NCBI GenBank assembly: GCA_030704615.1 | Contig: CM060734.1 | Span: 57,908,001-57,972,000, forward strand | From: Takakia lepidozioides | Taxonomy: Eukaryota; Plantae; Bryophyta | DNA length: 64,000 bases | Reading direction: 5' to 3' | Shown here: piece by piece, positions 63,998 to 64,000 of the stretch | How positions within the stretch are numbered: the first letter of the stretch is position 1 | How the letters are laid out: the number at the start of each line of letters is the position of its first letter | The notes under the pieces: generated by a model | The model's input: the letters and a program-made list of their open reading frames with translations, nothing else | Told to the model about the DNA's origin: nothing | The model's database searches: none | Made by a program: the position numbers and the translations under genes

Positions 63998-64000
63998 CTG

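Overview
Eukaryotic land-plant nuclear DNA with spliceosomal introns. A non-seed plant is plausible but is only an inference from the TE and PPR content. There are three apparently intact host genes: mitochondrial-type beta-ketoacyl-ACP synthase (585-5117, -), CCDC124/Lso2 (8823-10579, +) and a GDSL lipase (41099-43455, -). They sit among decayed PLS/DYW-type PPR pseudogenes (two related clusters plus one remnant), LINE/SINE/MITE/CACTA fragments and a 172-bp tandem array. The main discovery is a Mutator-like DNA transposon family. Its GCM-like/MULE-DDE/SWIM transposase lies head-to-head with an intron-containing accessory gene encoding a ParB/Srx-like N-terminal domain fused to a bacterial-type beta-class (N4C/N6A) DNA methyltransferase fold. 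Three members of this accessory gene are present: 22687-24425 (3' half), 29129-32890 (5' half) and 59923-63997 (nearly complete). The introns of the latter two carry about 10 copies of a palindrome, AAATTGCGTGCG-N4-CGCACGCAATTT. This suggests a TE-encoded ParB/parS-like loading plus methyltransferase self-marking or anti-silencing module. All copies here carry inactivating mutations. Domain calls come from motif recognition by eye, not database searches, and many coordinates are approximate.
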